Shown in pieces: positions 9,793 through 20,489 of a stretch of 64,000 bases of DNA. Position numbers and translations under genes: made by a program. Origin of the DNA: Diplonema japonicum (Eukaryota; Protista; Euglenozoa: Diplonemea); assembly GCA_964019335.1 (NCBI GenBank), contig OZ025756.1, positions 1 through 64,000 of the forward strand, in the 5' to 3' direction. Positions within the stretch are counted from its first letter, which is position 1; the number at the start of each line of letters is the position of its first letter. The notes under the pieces are model-generated. The model worked only from the letters and a program-made list of their open reading frames with translations. It had not been told where the DNA came from and ran no database searches.

Positions 9793-9909
9793 TGGAGAGG
9801 ATTTTGTAAAACGCTGTTTGAAGGCACGGGTTCGCCTCCTTGTGTGCGTTGTTTTAATTCTGAGTTGCCCACACCGCAGAAACCCACCTTGTGCTGTCAA
9901 GTGTCTATT

Positions 9910-10015
9910 GGAGTCCAGAAATGGAACATCCGTTAAAATTGGATCGATACAGAGAAGATTAGCATGGTCCCTGCGCAAGGATGACACGCATTAATCGAGA
10001 AAGTATCACCTTTTT
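9910..10015 (+). ncRNA. U6: U6 spliceosomal snRNA, copy 1
   Basis: GATACAGAGAAGATTAGCATGGTCCCTGCGCAAGGATGACACGCA core, 5' GGAG stem-loop with GAAA loop, oligo(T) 3' end. Confidence 0.95.
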
Positions 10016-10314
10016 TTTTTCGCCTTGGTCTATGGAAAAGGTAAAAGTGGAGAGTGGAAACTGCTTCACTGGCACCACATAACACCAGGAAGGTGGTGAA
10101 CATTCCCCCCAAAAAAAAAACTCAGGCAAACACCTTGAGACGCAGTCCTTCTTCCTTTTTTTGAAAAAAAAAAACAAGCCGAACCGCAAAAACAGATGGG
10201 AAAAAACGAAAGACGATTTTTTTCTTTTTTTCAGTGAGCACCCCCATGCACACTGAAATTTTATCGAGTTTTTTTTTTTTTTTTTTTTTTTTGCTATCTG
10301 GCTACATCGCAATC

Positions 10315-12465
10315 CTAATCCTCGCAACCCTGACAGGAACTGAACTCAGACACGATCCTATTCACGAGAGGGTCGATCCGTGCCAGGTACATGTGCATCC
10401 CACCCAGGTGCGCATCGATCTGTGTCATACAGAGACCCTCCACAGAACCAGGAGAGCAGGAAGCAGCGTAGTAGCAAAACACAGAGTTTGCCCTCGCCCT
10501 GTCGCAAATCGAAATGCTTGCAGCACTGGCCACACCGAGCACCGTCACGAACCTTTGGTTTCTGCCGCCCACTGTCCCGTACACGGCGCTGTTGGTGGAG
10601 ATCCCTACGTGTAGCGATGCCTCGCTGCGTTCAGTGGACGATGGTGCGAGCATCTTCACAAACGCCAACGAGTTCTCGACATGTGTGGGGCAGTTCTTCA
10701 TGCAGTTCCAGCAGACAGCCACTTTGTTCCCCTGAAGCGACACCACCGCGCCATGCGACCTAAGTATACAGGCCAGTATCCTCGCCAACCCGGTGTTCAT
10801 TACCCCATTGTGCACAAGGTCCGTCTCATCGTACTTCCCAACCGCCATCTCCACCATTCCAACAGAAGCAGAAGGACAGTACCTCAACGCATCTGGTGCC
10901 ACGCAAGAGGAGCTCCGTGAGCTTCCATCGCCGAGTATTGCGCTGCTGCTCATAACCTGCAGCTTCCTTTCTCTCCTGTTCAGCACAAGTTGTTCTTCCA
11001 CAAAAACCGTCCTCCCAAGAAGTGACTGGGGAAGAAGAAGGAAGGGGCTGACCGTGTCGCCCACACCCTTCAGCTCGGTCTCCCCCATCGGAGTGATGGA
11101 CACAGAGTCAACTAGGGGGCTAACCGCCTCCATCACCTCAGGAGTGACAGCAACAGCCCCACCCACACAAGCCCCTTCCATCCGAGCCGCCTTGTTCACA
11201 GTGTTCCCAAAGTAGTCGTACCTCCCTGTCAGGGTGTTCAGTTGAACAGAAACCTCACCACAGTGAACACCGATGCGAACACGAAGGCCGCACCAAGGGC
11301 CCTCGGATTGCCATGCACAGTAGTCAATGTTCAGTAATTCCTCAGGCCACACGCTCTCCACAAGCCTCTCCTGAACAGACAGACCGAACTGTACCGCATC
11401 AGAAGCACACTCGAAGGCCACCATGAAGGAGTCCCCAATGGTCTTCACCTCGTACCCATTGTGCTCAGAAATGCAGTCTCGTATTGCCTTGTTGTGAACC
11501 TGAAGTCCCTCCTTCATCCCTTCTGGACATGCCTCCCATGTTGCCGTCGATCCTTGGATGTCGGTGAAGACAAGGGTTGCTTTTTCTGATTTAAGTCCCG
11601 GTACTGGGGTGTTGTCTTTCCAGTCTCCTGTAGGCGATTGCCCGCAGGACATTTGAAGCAGTGCGTCGGGGAGGTAAGGGCGGTAGACTTCGAGGTTTTC
11701 AAGGATTTTGCTGAACGCATCGTAAAGGGGAGGGGGGAGGGAGGCTGTTGAGATAATAGCCTCGGCTGCGACGAGGTCGAAGCGGGAGAGCGACGTCGCG
11801 ATATCTTGCGCGGCAGTGATGGCCTTGTCCATTCTGTCGTGTTGGGTTCTAAGCCCACGCGCGAAGCTGCGCGTGAAGTAAAAGTCTAGGAGCATGACAA
11901 GGATCTGCCCAAGAAACGTGAAAGACGACAAGCCTAAAGCTTGCTTACAGGGAAGGGTAGAACAATCAATAGAACTGCGACGAGACTCCTGGGAGCTTGT
12001 GAGGTGTGGTGTGTCATACAGCCCAAAGCGGAAACCGTTTTCGAAAGTCAGCACCAACAACCAAACACAGAATATCATGAGGATGTTCCGCGCAACACGA
12101 CCCGGAAGCCTACAAACCAGACAGACATCTATCAGAAGGATCCCATACTGCCACGCGCTGGCTCTGCTCATAGTCACTGCGAGCGCTAGGTCGTCGAAAA
12201 CCAATGACAATGAGCATATATACATACAGACCTCCAACACCGAGCTTCTCAACTTACGCTCCACCAAGATCTGAGCAAGTTGAGCTAAGTACACAGCAGC
12301 AGACACGGCCTTCCGTATGGTGTCGCCTGTGGTCGGTTCGTTCCTCCTTGCCAGGACAAAGCAATACATTAAAACCCCTGCAAAACAGCCCAGTATAAGC
12401 ACCTTCTTCTTAAGTACTGTAGAAGGATCATCCGTCGGCAGTACCACGTACTTTAAAAGTCGCAT
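10315..12465 (-). CDS. Membrane class III adenylate cyclase (multi-TM + catalytic + degenerate second cyclase domain), AC1
   Basis: FTDIQGST, EVKTIGDSFM, RYDYFGNTVNKAARME; hydrophobic N-terminus; likely ATG start MRLLKY at 12465. Confidence 0.9.
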   Translation of the reverse strand: MRLLKYVVLPTDDPSTVLKKKVLILGCFAGVLMYCFVLARRNEPTTGDTIRKAVSAAVYLAQLAQILVERKLRSSVLEVCMYICSLSLVFDDLALAVTMSRASAWQYGILLIDVCLVCRLPGRVARNILMIFCVWLLVLTFENGFRFGLYDTPHLTSSQESRRSSIDCSTLPCKQALGLSSFTFLGQILVMLLDFYFTRSFARGLRTQHDRMDKAITAAQDIATSLSRFDLVAAEAIISTASLPPPLYDAFSKILENLEVYRPYLPDALLQMSCGQSPTGDWKDNTPVPGLKSEKATLVFTDIQGSTATWEACPEGMKEGLQVHNKAIRDCISEHNGYEVKTIGDSFMVAFECASDAVQFGLSVQERLVESVWPEELLNIDYCAWQSEGPWCGLRVRIGVHCGEVSVQLNTLTGRYDYFGNTVNKAARMEGACVGGAVAVTPEVMEAVSPLVDSVSITPMGETELKGVGDTVSPFLLLPQSLLGRTVFVEEQLVLNRRERKLQVMSSSAILGDGSSRSSSCVAPDALRYCPSASVGMVEMAVGKYDETDLVHNGVMNTGLARILACILRSHGAVVSLQGNKVAVCWNCMKNCPTHVENSLAFVKMLAPSSTERSEASLHVGISTNSAVYGTVGGRNQRFVTVLGVASAASISICDRARANSVFCYYAASCSPGSVEGLCMTQIDAHLGGMHMYLARIDPLVNRIVSEFSSCQGCED

Positions 12466-12620
12466 ATTCTCTCCCCCTGTCCCCGTCTGGCCAGATACCG
12501 TCTCATACACATAAAAGGGAAACGGTAAAAAAGACAGTCCGCTGCCTTGGAAAAGACAGGTTTTTTTTACTTTTCTTTTATTTCACTGCATTTTCTTTGA
12601 AACACCAACACATTAGATTT

Positions 12621-14726
12621 CTACCTAACACCAAGGTTGACACATTGCAGGTGCAGCTCTGTATCATTAGGTGCATCATACGTGCCAACTGGGGTGATGA
12701 CAAGCCCTTCCATCTCAGCAGGCTCGAAGGGTGAGGCGTAGAAGCACAGTGTGTCATCTACTGTTGCTTTGCTGCACATTAGACCGCTCACCACCACACT
12801 GGGCCCGAGAACTGTCACGAACCTCTGCCGTTTGTCTCCCACTGTCCCGAAGGCAACGCCGCCGGTAGAGACGCCAATGTAGATGGGGGCGTCGCAGGAC
12901 ATTCCAAGCATCCTCACAAACGCCAACGAGTTCTCGATATGTGTGGGGCATTTTTTCATGCAGTTCCAGCAGACAGCAACCCTGTTCCCCTGAAGCGACA
13001 CCACTGCTCCGTGTGACCTTTCTATGCACACAAGGATCTTAGAAAGCCCGTTGTTTATCACAAAGGCTTCCATTTCGTACCCGTCTAGTGCCATCTCCAC
13101 TGTCCCGACAGAAGCAGAAGTGCTGTGCTGCAAGGTATCACGCTCGCGTGTGCGTTCGGAATGAATGCTGAAAAAGCCTGATGAGTTTACTTGGCTATCA
13201 CTCTCAGCAGCTGCGCGTCCCCGCAGTGGGCTTCTGTGTTCTCTCTTCAGAAGAAGCTGCTGCTCTGTGTAGACTCTCCTCCCTTGGAGTGACTGGGGAA
13301 GAAGAAGGGATGGTCTTATCGCCTCGCCCACACCCTTCAGCTCTGTCTCCCCCATCGGGATGACGCAGACTGATTCAAAGCGGCCAACCGCCTCCATCAC
13401 CTCAGGAGTGACAGCAACAGCCCCACCCACACAAGCCCCTTCCATCCGAGCCGCCTTGTTCACAGTGTTCCCAAAGTAGTCATACCTCCCTGTCAGGGTG
13501 TTCAGTTGAACAGAAACCTCACCACAATGAACACCGATGCGAACACGAAGGCCGCACCAAGGGCCCTCGGATTGCCATGCGCAGCTGTCGAGTTCCAAGA
13601 GTTCCTCAGGCCACACACTCTCCACAAGCCTCTCCTGAACAGACAGGCCGAACTGTACCGCATCAGAAGTACTCTCGAAGGCCACCATGAAGGAGTCCCC
13701 AATGGTCTTCACCTCGTACCCATTGTGCTCAGACATGCACACTCGTATTGCCTTGTTGTGAACTTGAAGTCCCTCCTTCATCCCTTCTGGACATGCTTCC
13801 CATGTTGCTGTTGATCCTTGGATGTCGGTGAAGACAAGGGTTGCAACGCCTGCTTTCAGTCCGGGTGTGGGGACCTCTTTGGCAGCGGCTTGGTGTTGGC
13901 AGCTGTGCATGCTGTGGAAGAGGGCGTCGGGGATGTAAGGGCGGTAAACCTCAAGATTTCTAAGGATTTTGCTGAAGGCGTCATTAAGGGGAGGGGGGAG
14001 GGAGGCGGTTGTGATGATGGCCTCGGCTGCTTCGAGGTCGAAGCAAGAGAGGGACGTCGCGATCTGCTCCGTTACTGTGATAGCCTTGTTCATCTTTTCG
14101 TGTTCTTTGTTCAAGCTGTCAGCGAACGATTTCGTGAAGTAGAAGTCCAAACAGAAAATAAGGACCTGGTTGAAATAAATGAAGAAGGTGTACCCAACTG
14201 AGCGTTTGCAAGGTAGGGTATCACATGATACGAGCTCACGGCGTTCCTCCTGTGACGAGAGGACGGAAAGATCGAACAAGCCGAAACGGAACACAGATTC
14301 GAAAGATAGCAGAAGCAACCACGACACAAGGGCGAGGACTATGTTCTTGTGAACCCGAGATGGAAGTCTGCAGACCAGGCAGAAATCTATGAGCACTATG
14401 TAGTAGGGCCACGTACTGTTCTTAGAGGGCTCCACCGCCAAATTTAAGTCATCAAAAAGGAATGTGACAGCAAGCCCGTAGATTACCATTTCCATGAGCC
14501 ATTGCCTAAAGTTACGCTCTATCCAGAGCTGCACTAGCTGCACCAGAAGAATAAACAAAGGGACCACCCGTATCAGGATCCCATACGTTGTGGCCTTTGC
14601 GAATGCAGCCAAGTACCCGTACGCGACTACCCCAGAAGAGCACCCAACAAAGATCAATTTCTTTTTATAGACCACCACCTCGTTATCGTTGGGTAGTATT
14701 AAATGATTCCAAGGAGAGCAACCCAT
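12621..14726 (-). CDS. Membrane class III adenylate cyclase, AC2
   Basis: Same catalytic motifs and architecture as AC1. Confidence 0.9.
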   Translation of the reverse strand: MGCSPWNHLILPNDNEVVVYKKKLIFVGCSSGVVAYGYLAAFAKATTYGILIRVVPLFILLVQLVQLWIERNFRQWLMEMVIYGLAVTFLFDDLNLAVEPSKNSTWPYYIVLIDFCLVCRLPSRVHKNIVLALVSWLLLLSFESVFRFGLFDLSVLSSQEERRELVSCDTLPCKRSVGYTFFIYFNQVLIFCLDFYFTKSFADSLNKEHEKMNKAITVTEQIATSLSCFDLEAAEAIITTASLPPPLNDAFSKILRNLEVYRPYIPDALFHSMHSCQHQAAAKEVPTPGLKAGVATLVFTDIQGSTATWEACPEGMKEGLQVHNKAIRVCMSEHNGYEVKTIGDSFMVAFESTSDAVQFGLSVQERLVESVWPEELLELDSCAWQSEGPWCGLRVRIGVHCGEVSVQLNTLTGRYDYFGNTVNKAARMEGACVGGAVAVTPEVMEAVGRFESVCVIPMGETELKGVGEAIRPSLLLPQSLQGRRVYTEQQLLLKREHRSPLRGRAAAESDSQVNSSGFFSIHSERTRERDTLQHSTSASVGTVEMALDGYEMEAFVINNGLSKILVCIERSHGAVVSLQGNRVAVCWNCMKKCPTHIENSLAFVRMLGMSCDAPIYIGVSTGGVAFGTVGDKRQRFVTVLGPSVVVSGLMCSKATVDDTLCFYASPFEPAEMEGLVITPVGTYDAPNDTELHLQCVNLGVR

Positions 14727-14906
14727 TTTCGTGTTTTCCCCCCCCCCTTTTTTTTCCCGTTCCCATCATTATATCACAAAAAAACCAATCCTTTTAAAAT
14801 GCCTACAACCCAGTAAAAGATTGTTGCTGGTGCGCGAAGAGAGGCCTTCTCGGACTGCTACAAGAGAGGTCGGGTGTTTAACACTGTGAAAACCGGTACG
14901 TCCTAT

Positions 14907-15172
14907 GGCTACGTCGGCGTACGCCAGTAGTCTCACAAACTGCGTGCAGGTGAAACTACGTTTGCTGAAGTAGAGTTTGATCTGAATTATATCTCTGACA
15001 AGAGAATCAGCTTTGTCAAATCCCAAGGCCGATCTTTGGGGAGACGCCCTTGCGCATCCCACCACATGCCATGCGCAAAAAATGAGTACGCGTACGCAGC
15101 AAATCTAAAAAAAGTGCGTACAGCGTACGTTCGAAATACGCGTACGTACGGCCGTACGCCGACAACGTAGCC
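14907..15172. mobile_element. Possible MITE with imperfect TIRs
   Basis: GGCTACGTCGGCGTACG (14907-14923) versus CGTACGCCGACAACGTAGCC (15153-15172); many internal CGTACG motifs; no TSD seen. Confidence 0.35.
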
Positions 15173-15471
15173 GCCCCCCTCCCGGCGTGGGGGGGGTATT
15201 TTGTTTTTGTCTTGAGATTTTTTATTTTTTATTTTTAGGGATATTTTCTGGGATTTCTTTTTTTTACTTTTTGTAAATTTTATGTTCTGTTTTAATGGTG
15301 TTCTGTAAATATTATGTACCTTTTCTTTTCGAATTTTTTTTGCCCAATTTGGGACTTTTCACATAACAATATAAGTACAAATCCGGTAGTATTTTTTTTT
15401 TTTAGCCACTGCCTGCTTGAAAAAGCCGGCGATTCATTTTTCTTATTTCTTTTTTTGTTTTTTTCGATTAT

Positions 15472-17601
15472 TTATATCAGGTCTACTACAGGACTTTTCA
15501 CTCCATTCTCGCTGCAAACCACCACCTGAAGGAGGGCCAGCTCGCTTCCGTCGCATGCATCATACGTGCCAACTAGGGTGATGACAAGCCCTTCCATCTC
15601 AGCAGGCTCGAAGGGTGAGGCGTAGAAGCACAGTGTGTCATCTACTGTTGCTTTGCTGCACATTAGACCGCTCACCACCACACTGGGCCCGAGAACTGTC
15701 ACGAACCTCTGCCGTTTGTCTCCCACTGTCCCGAAGGCAACGCCGCCGGTAGAGACGCCAATGTAGATGGGGGCGTCGCAGGACATTCCAAGCATCCTCA
15801 CAAACGCCAACGAGTTCTCGATATGTGTGGGGCATTTTTTCATGCAGTTCCAGCAGACAGCAACCCTGTTCCCCTGAAGCGACACCACTGCTCCGTGTGA
15901 CCTTTCTATGCACACAAGGATCTTAGAGAGCCCGGCATTGATCTTGGTACTCAGTTCTGTTGCATCTATGCACTTTATTTCTATTTCCACAGTCCCCACG
16001 GAAGCAGAGGCTCTGTGCTGCATGATCCCTGGCATGTGAACAGTCATGACAAGCGCTTGACTCGAAGTGTTGCTCGCGTGGTCGATGGATTCTAGCCTGC
16101 GAAAATCTAGCTTTCTGTGTTCTCTTTTCAGAAGAAGCTGCTCCTCCACAAAGGACATCCTCCCTTGGAGTGACTGGGGAAGAAGAAGGGATGGTCTTAT
16201 CGCCTCGCCCACACCCTTCAGCTCTGTCTCCCCCATCGGGATGACGCAGACTGATTCAAAGCGGCCAACCGCCTCCATCACCTCAGGAGTGACAGCAACA
16301 GCCCCACCCACACAAGCCCCTTCCATCCGAGCCGCCTTGTTCACAGTGTTCCCAAAGTAGTCGTACCTCCCTGTCAGGGTGTTCAGTTGAACAGAAACCT
16401 CACCACAGTGAACACCGATGCGAACACGAAGGCCGCACCAAGGGCCCTCTTTTTGATACTTACAGCTGTCCAGTTCCAAGATCTCCTCAGGCCACACACT
16501 CTCCACAAGCCTCTCCTGAACAGACAGGCCGAACTGTACCGCATCAGAAGTACTCTCGAAGGCCACCATGAAGGAGTCCCCAATGGTCTTCACCTCGTAC
16601 CCATTGTGCTCAGATATGCACTCACGCACTGTTTCGTTGTGAACCTGAAGTCCCTCCTTCATCCCTTCTGGACATGCTTCCCATGTTGCTGTTGATCCTT
16701 GGATGTCGGTGAAGACGAAAGTGGCGATCCCTGTGGTGAGCCCGGGTGTGGGGATATCCTTTTGAACCTGCTGCCCGCTGTGCATGCTGTGGAAGAGGGC
16801 GTCGGGGATGTAAGGTCGATATCCTTCGAGGTTTTCAAGGATTTTGCTGAAGGCATCGTAAAGGGGAGGGGGGAGGGAGGCTGTTGAGATAATAGCCTCG
16901 GCTGCTACGAGGTCGAAGCGGGAGAGCGACGTCGCGATGTCCTCCGTGGCGGCGATCACTTTGTTCATTTTTTCGTGTTCTCTGTGAAGGTCGCCGGCGA
17001 AGCCCCTCGTGAAGTAGAAGTCTAAAAAGATGACAGCCATCTGATTCACATAAAGGAACAAACGGGGCACAAGAGGTTTGCTGCATGGAAGTGGACCGCA
17101 GTCGGCTGGCCTCCAGCGATCATCTTGCGGCGGGAGGAAGGAGAGGTCGTACAGCCCAAAACGGAAATGAGCTTCAAAGGCATTAACGAGAAGCCAAACG
17201 CTCAGAATAAAAAGAAGATTGCGGGCTACACGGTTGTGCATACGGAGGACTAAACAAACATCGATAAACACAACGAAGAAAGGCCAGCTTCTTTCCCCGT
17301 TTCCTGCCACGATAGCACTGATGTCATCAAGAAGCATGGCGCAAGCGAGTACATACAGTACAGCCTCCAAAACACCAAGTCTCATTTTCCGCTCTATCAT
17401 AAGCTGGAGGAACGCGAAGGTGAAGACGGATAGGCATACCGTCCTCTTTGTGAAGTAAACATAACTCCCGCTGTTCATAGAACTCGCAAATATGTATAGT
17501 GCCAACCCCGCCGTGCATCCTATAAAGGCGAGCTTCTTTGCGAACACGGTTTCCGCATCATCGGACGGAAGGATGAGGTAGGAAAACACGAAGAACTTCA
17601 T
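15472..17601 (-). CDS. Membrane class III adenylate cyclase, AC3
   Basis: Same motifs; likely start MKFFVF at 17601, after a TTTCTACAG acceptor. Confidence 0.9.
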   Translation of the reverse strand: MKFFVFSYLILPSDDAETVFAKKLAFIGCTAGLALYIFASSMNSGSYVYFTKRTVCLSVFTFAFLQLMIERKMRLGVLEAVLYVLACAMLLDDISAIVAGNGERSWPFFVVFIDVCLVLRMHNRVARNLLFILSVWLLVNAFEAHFRFGLYDLSFLPPQDDRWRPADCGPLPCSKPLVPRLFLYVNQMAVIFLDFYFTRGFAGDLHREHEKMNKVIAATEDIATSLSRFDLVAAEAIISTASLPPPLYDAFSKILENLEGYRPYIPDALFHSMHSGQQVQKDIPTPGLTTGIATFVFTDIQGSTATWEACPEGMKEGLQVHNETVRECISEHNGYEVKTIGDSFMVAFESTSDAVQFGLSVQERLVESVWPEEILELDSCKYQKEGPWCGLRVRIGVHCGEVSVQLNTLTGRYDYFGNTVNKAARMEGACVGGAVAVTPEVMEAVGRFESVCVIPMGETELKGVGEAIRPSLLLPQSLQGRMSFVEEQLLLKREHRKLDFRRLESIDHASNTSSQALVMTVHMPGIMQHRASASVGTVEIEIKCIDATELSTKINAGLSKILVCIERSHGAVVSLQGNRVAVCWNCMKKCPTHIENSLAFVRMLGMSCDAPIYIGVSTGGVAFGTVGDKRQRFVTVLGPSVVVSGLMCSKATVDDTLCFYASPFEPAEMEGLVITLVGTYDACDGSELALLQVVVCSENGVKSPVVDLI

Positions 17602-17749
17602 TGGGGGTTCCACCTGTAGAAACAATGTTTTGGTGATAACGCAGCTCGCAAAGAAAAAAGAAAAAAAGAAAAAAAAAATCACCGGAAGATACAATGTCCG
17701 GACCACCGAAACAATTTAAAAAGGAAACTTCCCTTGGAAAAGGGGGGTC

Positions 17750-19417
17750 TTATCGAAAGGCCAACCCTGCCTTTCGACCTGACATGATGGTGTTCCTCAG
17801 GTTTTCCATTGCCTCACTTACTACGAGTGGTCTTTCTTCAGGGATATCCAGGACGCGGATGGCTTCTTCGTCGTCCCCGAGTAGATATTGCTTCCCTGCT
17901 ATGTTGTAAGTGTCCCATTGCATTCTTGCCAACTGGTACATCCATTCTTCTTGGACAATTTCTTTCTCTGTTTCGTTTGGCAGTACTTCGTAGACCAGCT
18001 CTGTGCTATCAGAAAGGGTACATAACTTTCTCAATATAATCTTCATGCTGAAGGTGAACGACACCTCACTGTACACGCTGCCGCAGACCACTGTCGTGTA
18101 GTTGTTCTCTCGTGCGAAGTCTTGCAGTGCTGATGCGGCAACAGCCGGTGAGCCGATCATGGCGACTGACATGAGTTCAGAGCACCCAAGTGAGCCGCAG
18201 TATGCTGTTCCGTTTGCTGATCCCGTCGTCACGTTGATAGTTTTCTCCTTAAGTTTTGCATTCAGATCAACAGCACCCTGCACGGCATTCCTCGCGTGCT
18301 GCGCGCAAGCACGCACCGCATTGAAGGAAGCGTGCACATGATCACCGACGACAACACCGACAACACCCGACACACGGGAGTAGCATGCAAGTATTTCCTC
18401 CATGAACACCCTGTACCTGTCTTGGTACGCCGTTATGTCCTCTGACGCTTCCTTGTGCGACCCAAGCATGTTCGTCACCGTGAACGTGATTCGTTTCTTC
18501 TCAACTATTTTGTGTATCTCCATCATTTTACTACTGAAGGACTCTGATATCACGCTGTGTCGCACAGAGTCCTCATACTTGCTTCCAGCCTCACGTACAT
18601 TGTCTTCGTCATGCAGGCAAGACCTCGGGAGGTAGGGGCGGTACATGTAGAGGTTATGAAGAATGCTCCTGAACGCGTCGAAAAGGGGAGGGGGGAGGGG
18701 GGTGGTCACGATGACGGCCTCTGCTGTCTCGAGGTCGAAGCGGGAGAAAGCGGTAGCGATCTTCTCTGTTGCCACGATAACCCTGTTCATTTTATTGTGC
18801 TCCTCATAGAGGCTGCTGGCAAATCCTCGGGTGAAGTAGAAATCGAGCAGGACGACAGCCATCTGATCAACATATATACCAAAAGAACTGAAAGCCGAAC
18901 GACGGCAGGGAAGCTTTGCACAATCACACCCAGTACGGCGCACCTCTTGCGATGGAAGACCTTCCAGATCAAAGAACCCGAAGCGGTAAGTAGACTCCAA
19001 ACCTAAGAGCAAGAGCCAAGCACCCAGAGTCATAATGAGGTTCTTGGCGACGCGGCTGCGCAGTTGGCAGACAAGACAAACATCTACAAGAATAACGAAG
19101 TAAGGCCAGACAACGCTCGGTGTGGCTTCTGTAGCTAAGAGAAGGTCTCCCATAAGTATAGAGGCCCCCAGGGAGTACAATGCCCACTCTAAGACGTTAT
19201 GGCGAATCTTCCGCTCGACTACTAATAACATCAAAGTAACAAACAATACAAAAGCGGCATAGACCCTCCTGCTGGTGTCGTACCACGTTGGTGGTCTCCG
19301 AATGGCTGTGGACACAAACAAGGTGATACCCGCGACAGCAGCATAACATATCACCTTCTTCGTGTAGATAACGTTCGGTGTGTCCGAAGGCCTCATGAGA
19401 AATGCTAGCACTTTCAT
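17750..19417 (-). CDS. Membrane pseudo-cyclase (same TM/linker family, single degenerate class III domain)
   Basis: Shared LDFYFTRGF...RFDL...PPPL..AF...YRPYLP linker. The domain has TVTNMLGS (first metal Asp replaced by Asn) and VGDHVHASFN, and lacks the N/R transition-state residues. Confidence 0.8.
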   Translation of the reverse strand: MKVLAFLMRPSDTPNVIYTKKVICYAAVAGITLFVSTAIRRPPTWYDTSRRVYAAFVLFVTLMLLVVERKIRHNVLEWALYSLGASILMGDLLLATEATPSVVWPYFVILVDVCLVCQLRSRVAKNLIMTLGAWLLLLGLESTYRFGFFDLEGLPSQEVRRTGCDCAKLPCRRSAFSSFGIYVDQMAVVLLDFYFTRGFASSLYEEHNKMNRVIVATEKIATAFSRFDLETAEAVIVTTPLPPPLFDAFRSILHNLYMYRPYLPRSCLHDEDNVREAGSKYEDSVRHSVISESFSSKMMEIHKIVEKKRITFTVTNMLGSHKEASEDITAYQDRYRVFMEEILACYSRVSGVVGVVVGDHVHASFNAVRACAQHARNAVQGAVDLNAKLKEKTINVTTGSANGTAYCGSLGCSELMSVAMIGSPAVAASALQDFARENNYTTVVCGSVYSEVSFTFSMKIILRKLCTLSDSTELVYEVLPNETEKEIVQEEWMYQLARMQWDTYNIAGKQYLLGDDEEAIRVLDIPEERPLVVSEAMENLRNTIMSGRKAGLAFR

Positions 19418-20296
19418 CTTTCTCACCACCCCGATGGAAGCTGTGGAGTGCACGGAGCGAACGAATTAAAGAAAAAAAAAAAAGAAAGGTATGGGAGATG
19501 CGGAACAAAAGTTGCCCTTGAAGTTAAGAAAGGGCTGTTAAGCCTCTACAAATAATAATAATAATAATAAAGGCGAGAAATACAAGAAAGGGCGATGCGG
19601 TACAGGTAAATAACAGGCTTGGTCCAAGCGTCTTGACCTTGCCACTGACAAGATCTTCATATATTGCCCGTGGGACCCCTCGATGACCTTCAAGGTGAAG
19701 TCCTTTGGAACTCGCTGTTGAAGCCGAAGCTGTTCTCGGGCCGTAGCAGCCTTGTAGTACCTGACCCGGTGAACGATGCCGGCAAGCTTTTGGTTGTAGA
19801 CAGGATCAGAACATCACAGTGACGGGGCGAGCAATGAACTTCCAGCCGGGAACGTCGTGTCACGATCACCTTCCAGGAAGGCTCCTGACAATCTGCATCA
19901 TCTTGATATTCTGGTGTGATGATCCTGTTTTTCTTTTGATGTGATTTGTATATCTTTTGACGTTGCTTTTTTTTTTTTTTCTTGAATAAACATAGAGTTA
20001 GAGCTAAGGGAATCTTGGGGTCGGAAAAAAAACTAAGTTTTGGCGCTTTCATTTGTTTGTGTGCGCACGAGCGGAATTGAACCTTATAAACCTTATAAAT
20101 AGTTTGTTTCGCTCGCCATCAAAACTAGTCTTTTTTAGTCATCGACAATAATATTGTTGTGTTGAACAAAAGAGAGAGAAAAAGAGAGATAGGCTAAATG
20201 GTGGATGAAATTTAGAAAGTAAAGGCAAAACGGAGGGGGGAGGGGAGGGGGGATGTATCGCGAACTTCCCTCAAACACGCCAAAAGCCAAATTCAA

Positions 20297-20489
20297 AGTT
20301 ACTCAACAACAAATAATAAAATATTTCAATTCCCTTGAAAATAATTTTCTTTTCAATCTCAAAAGACCGATATCGCTGTTGGTAAGGACATGGGAGTTAC
20401 TCAACAACAAACAACAAAATATTTCAATTCCCCTTCAATATTTTCTTTTCATTCTCAAAGACCGATATCGCTGTTGGTAAGGACATGGG
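20297..20489. repeat. Imperfect ~97-bp tandem duplication of the glyoxalase stop region and 3' UTR
   Basis: Units 20297-20394 and 20395-20489, both ending GACCGATATCGCTGTTGGTAAGGACATGGG. Confidence 0.85.

Noticed and set aside
19600-19960. Coding-like segment on the minus strand
   Set aside because: Only short interrupted frames with no recognisable motif; possibly a gene remnant but unsupported.
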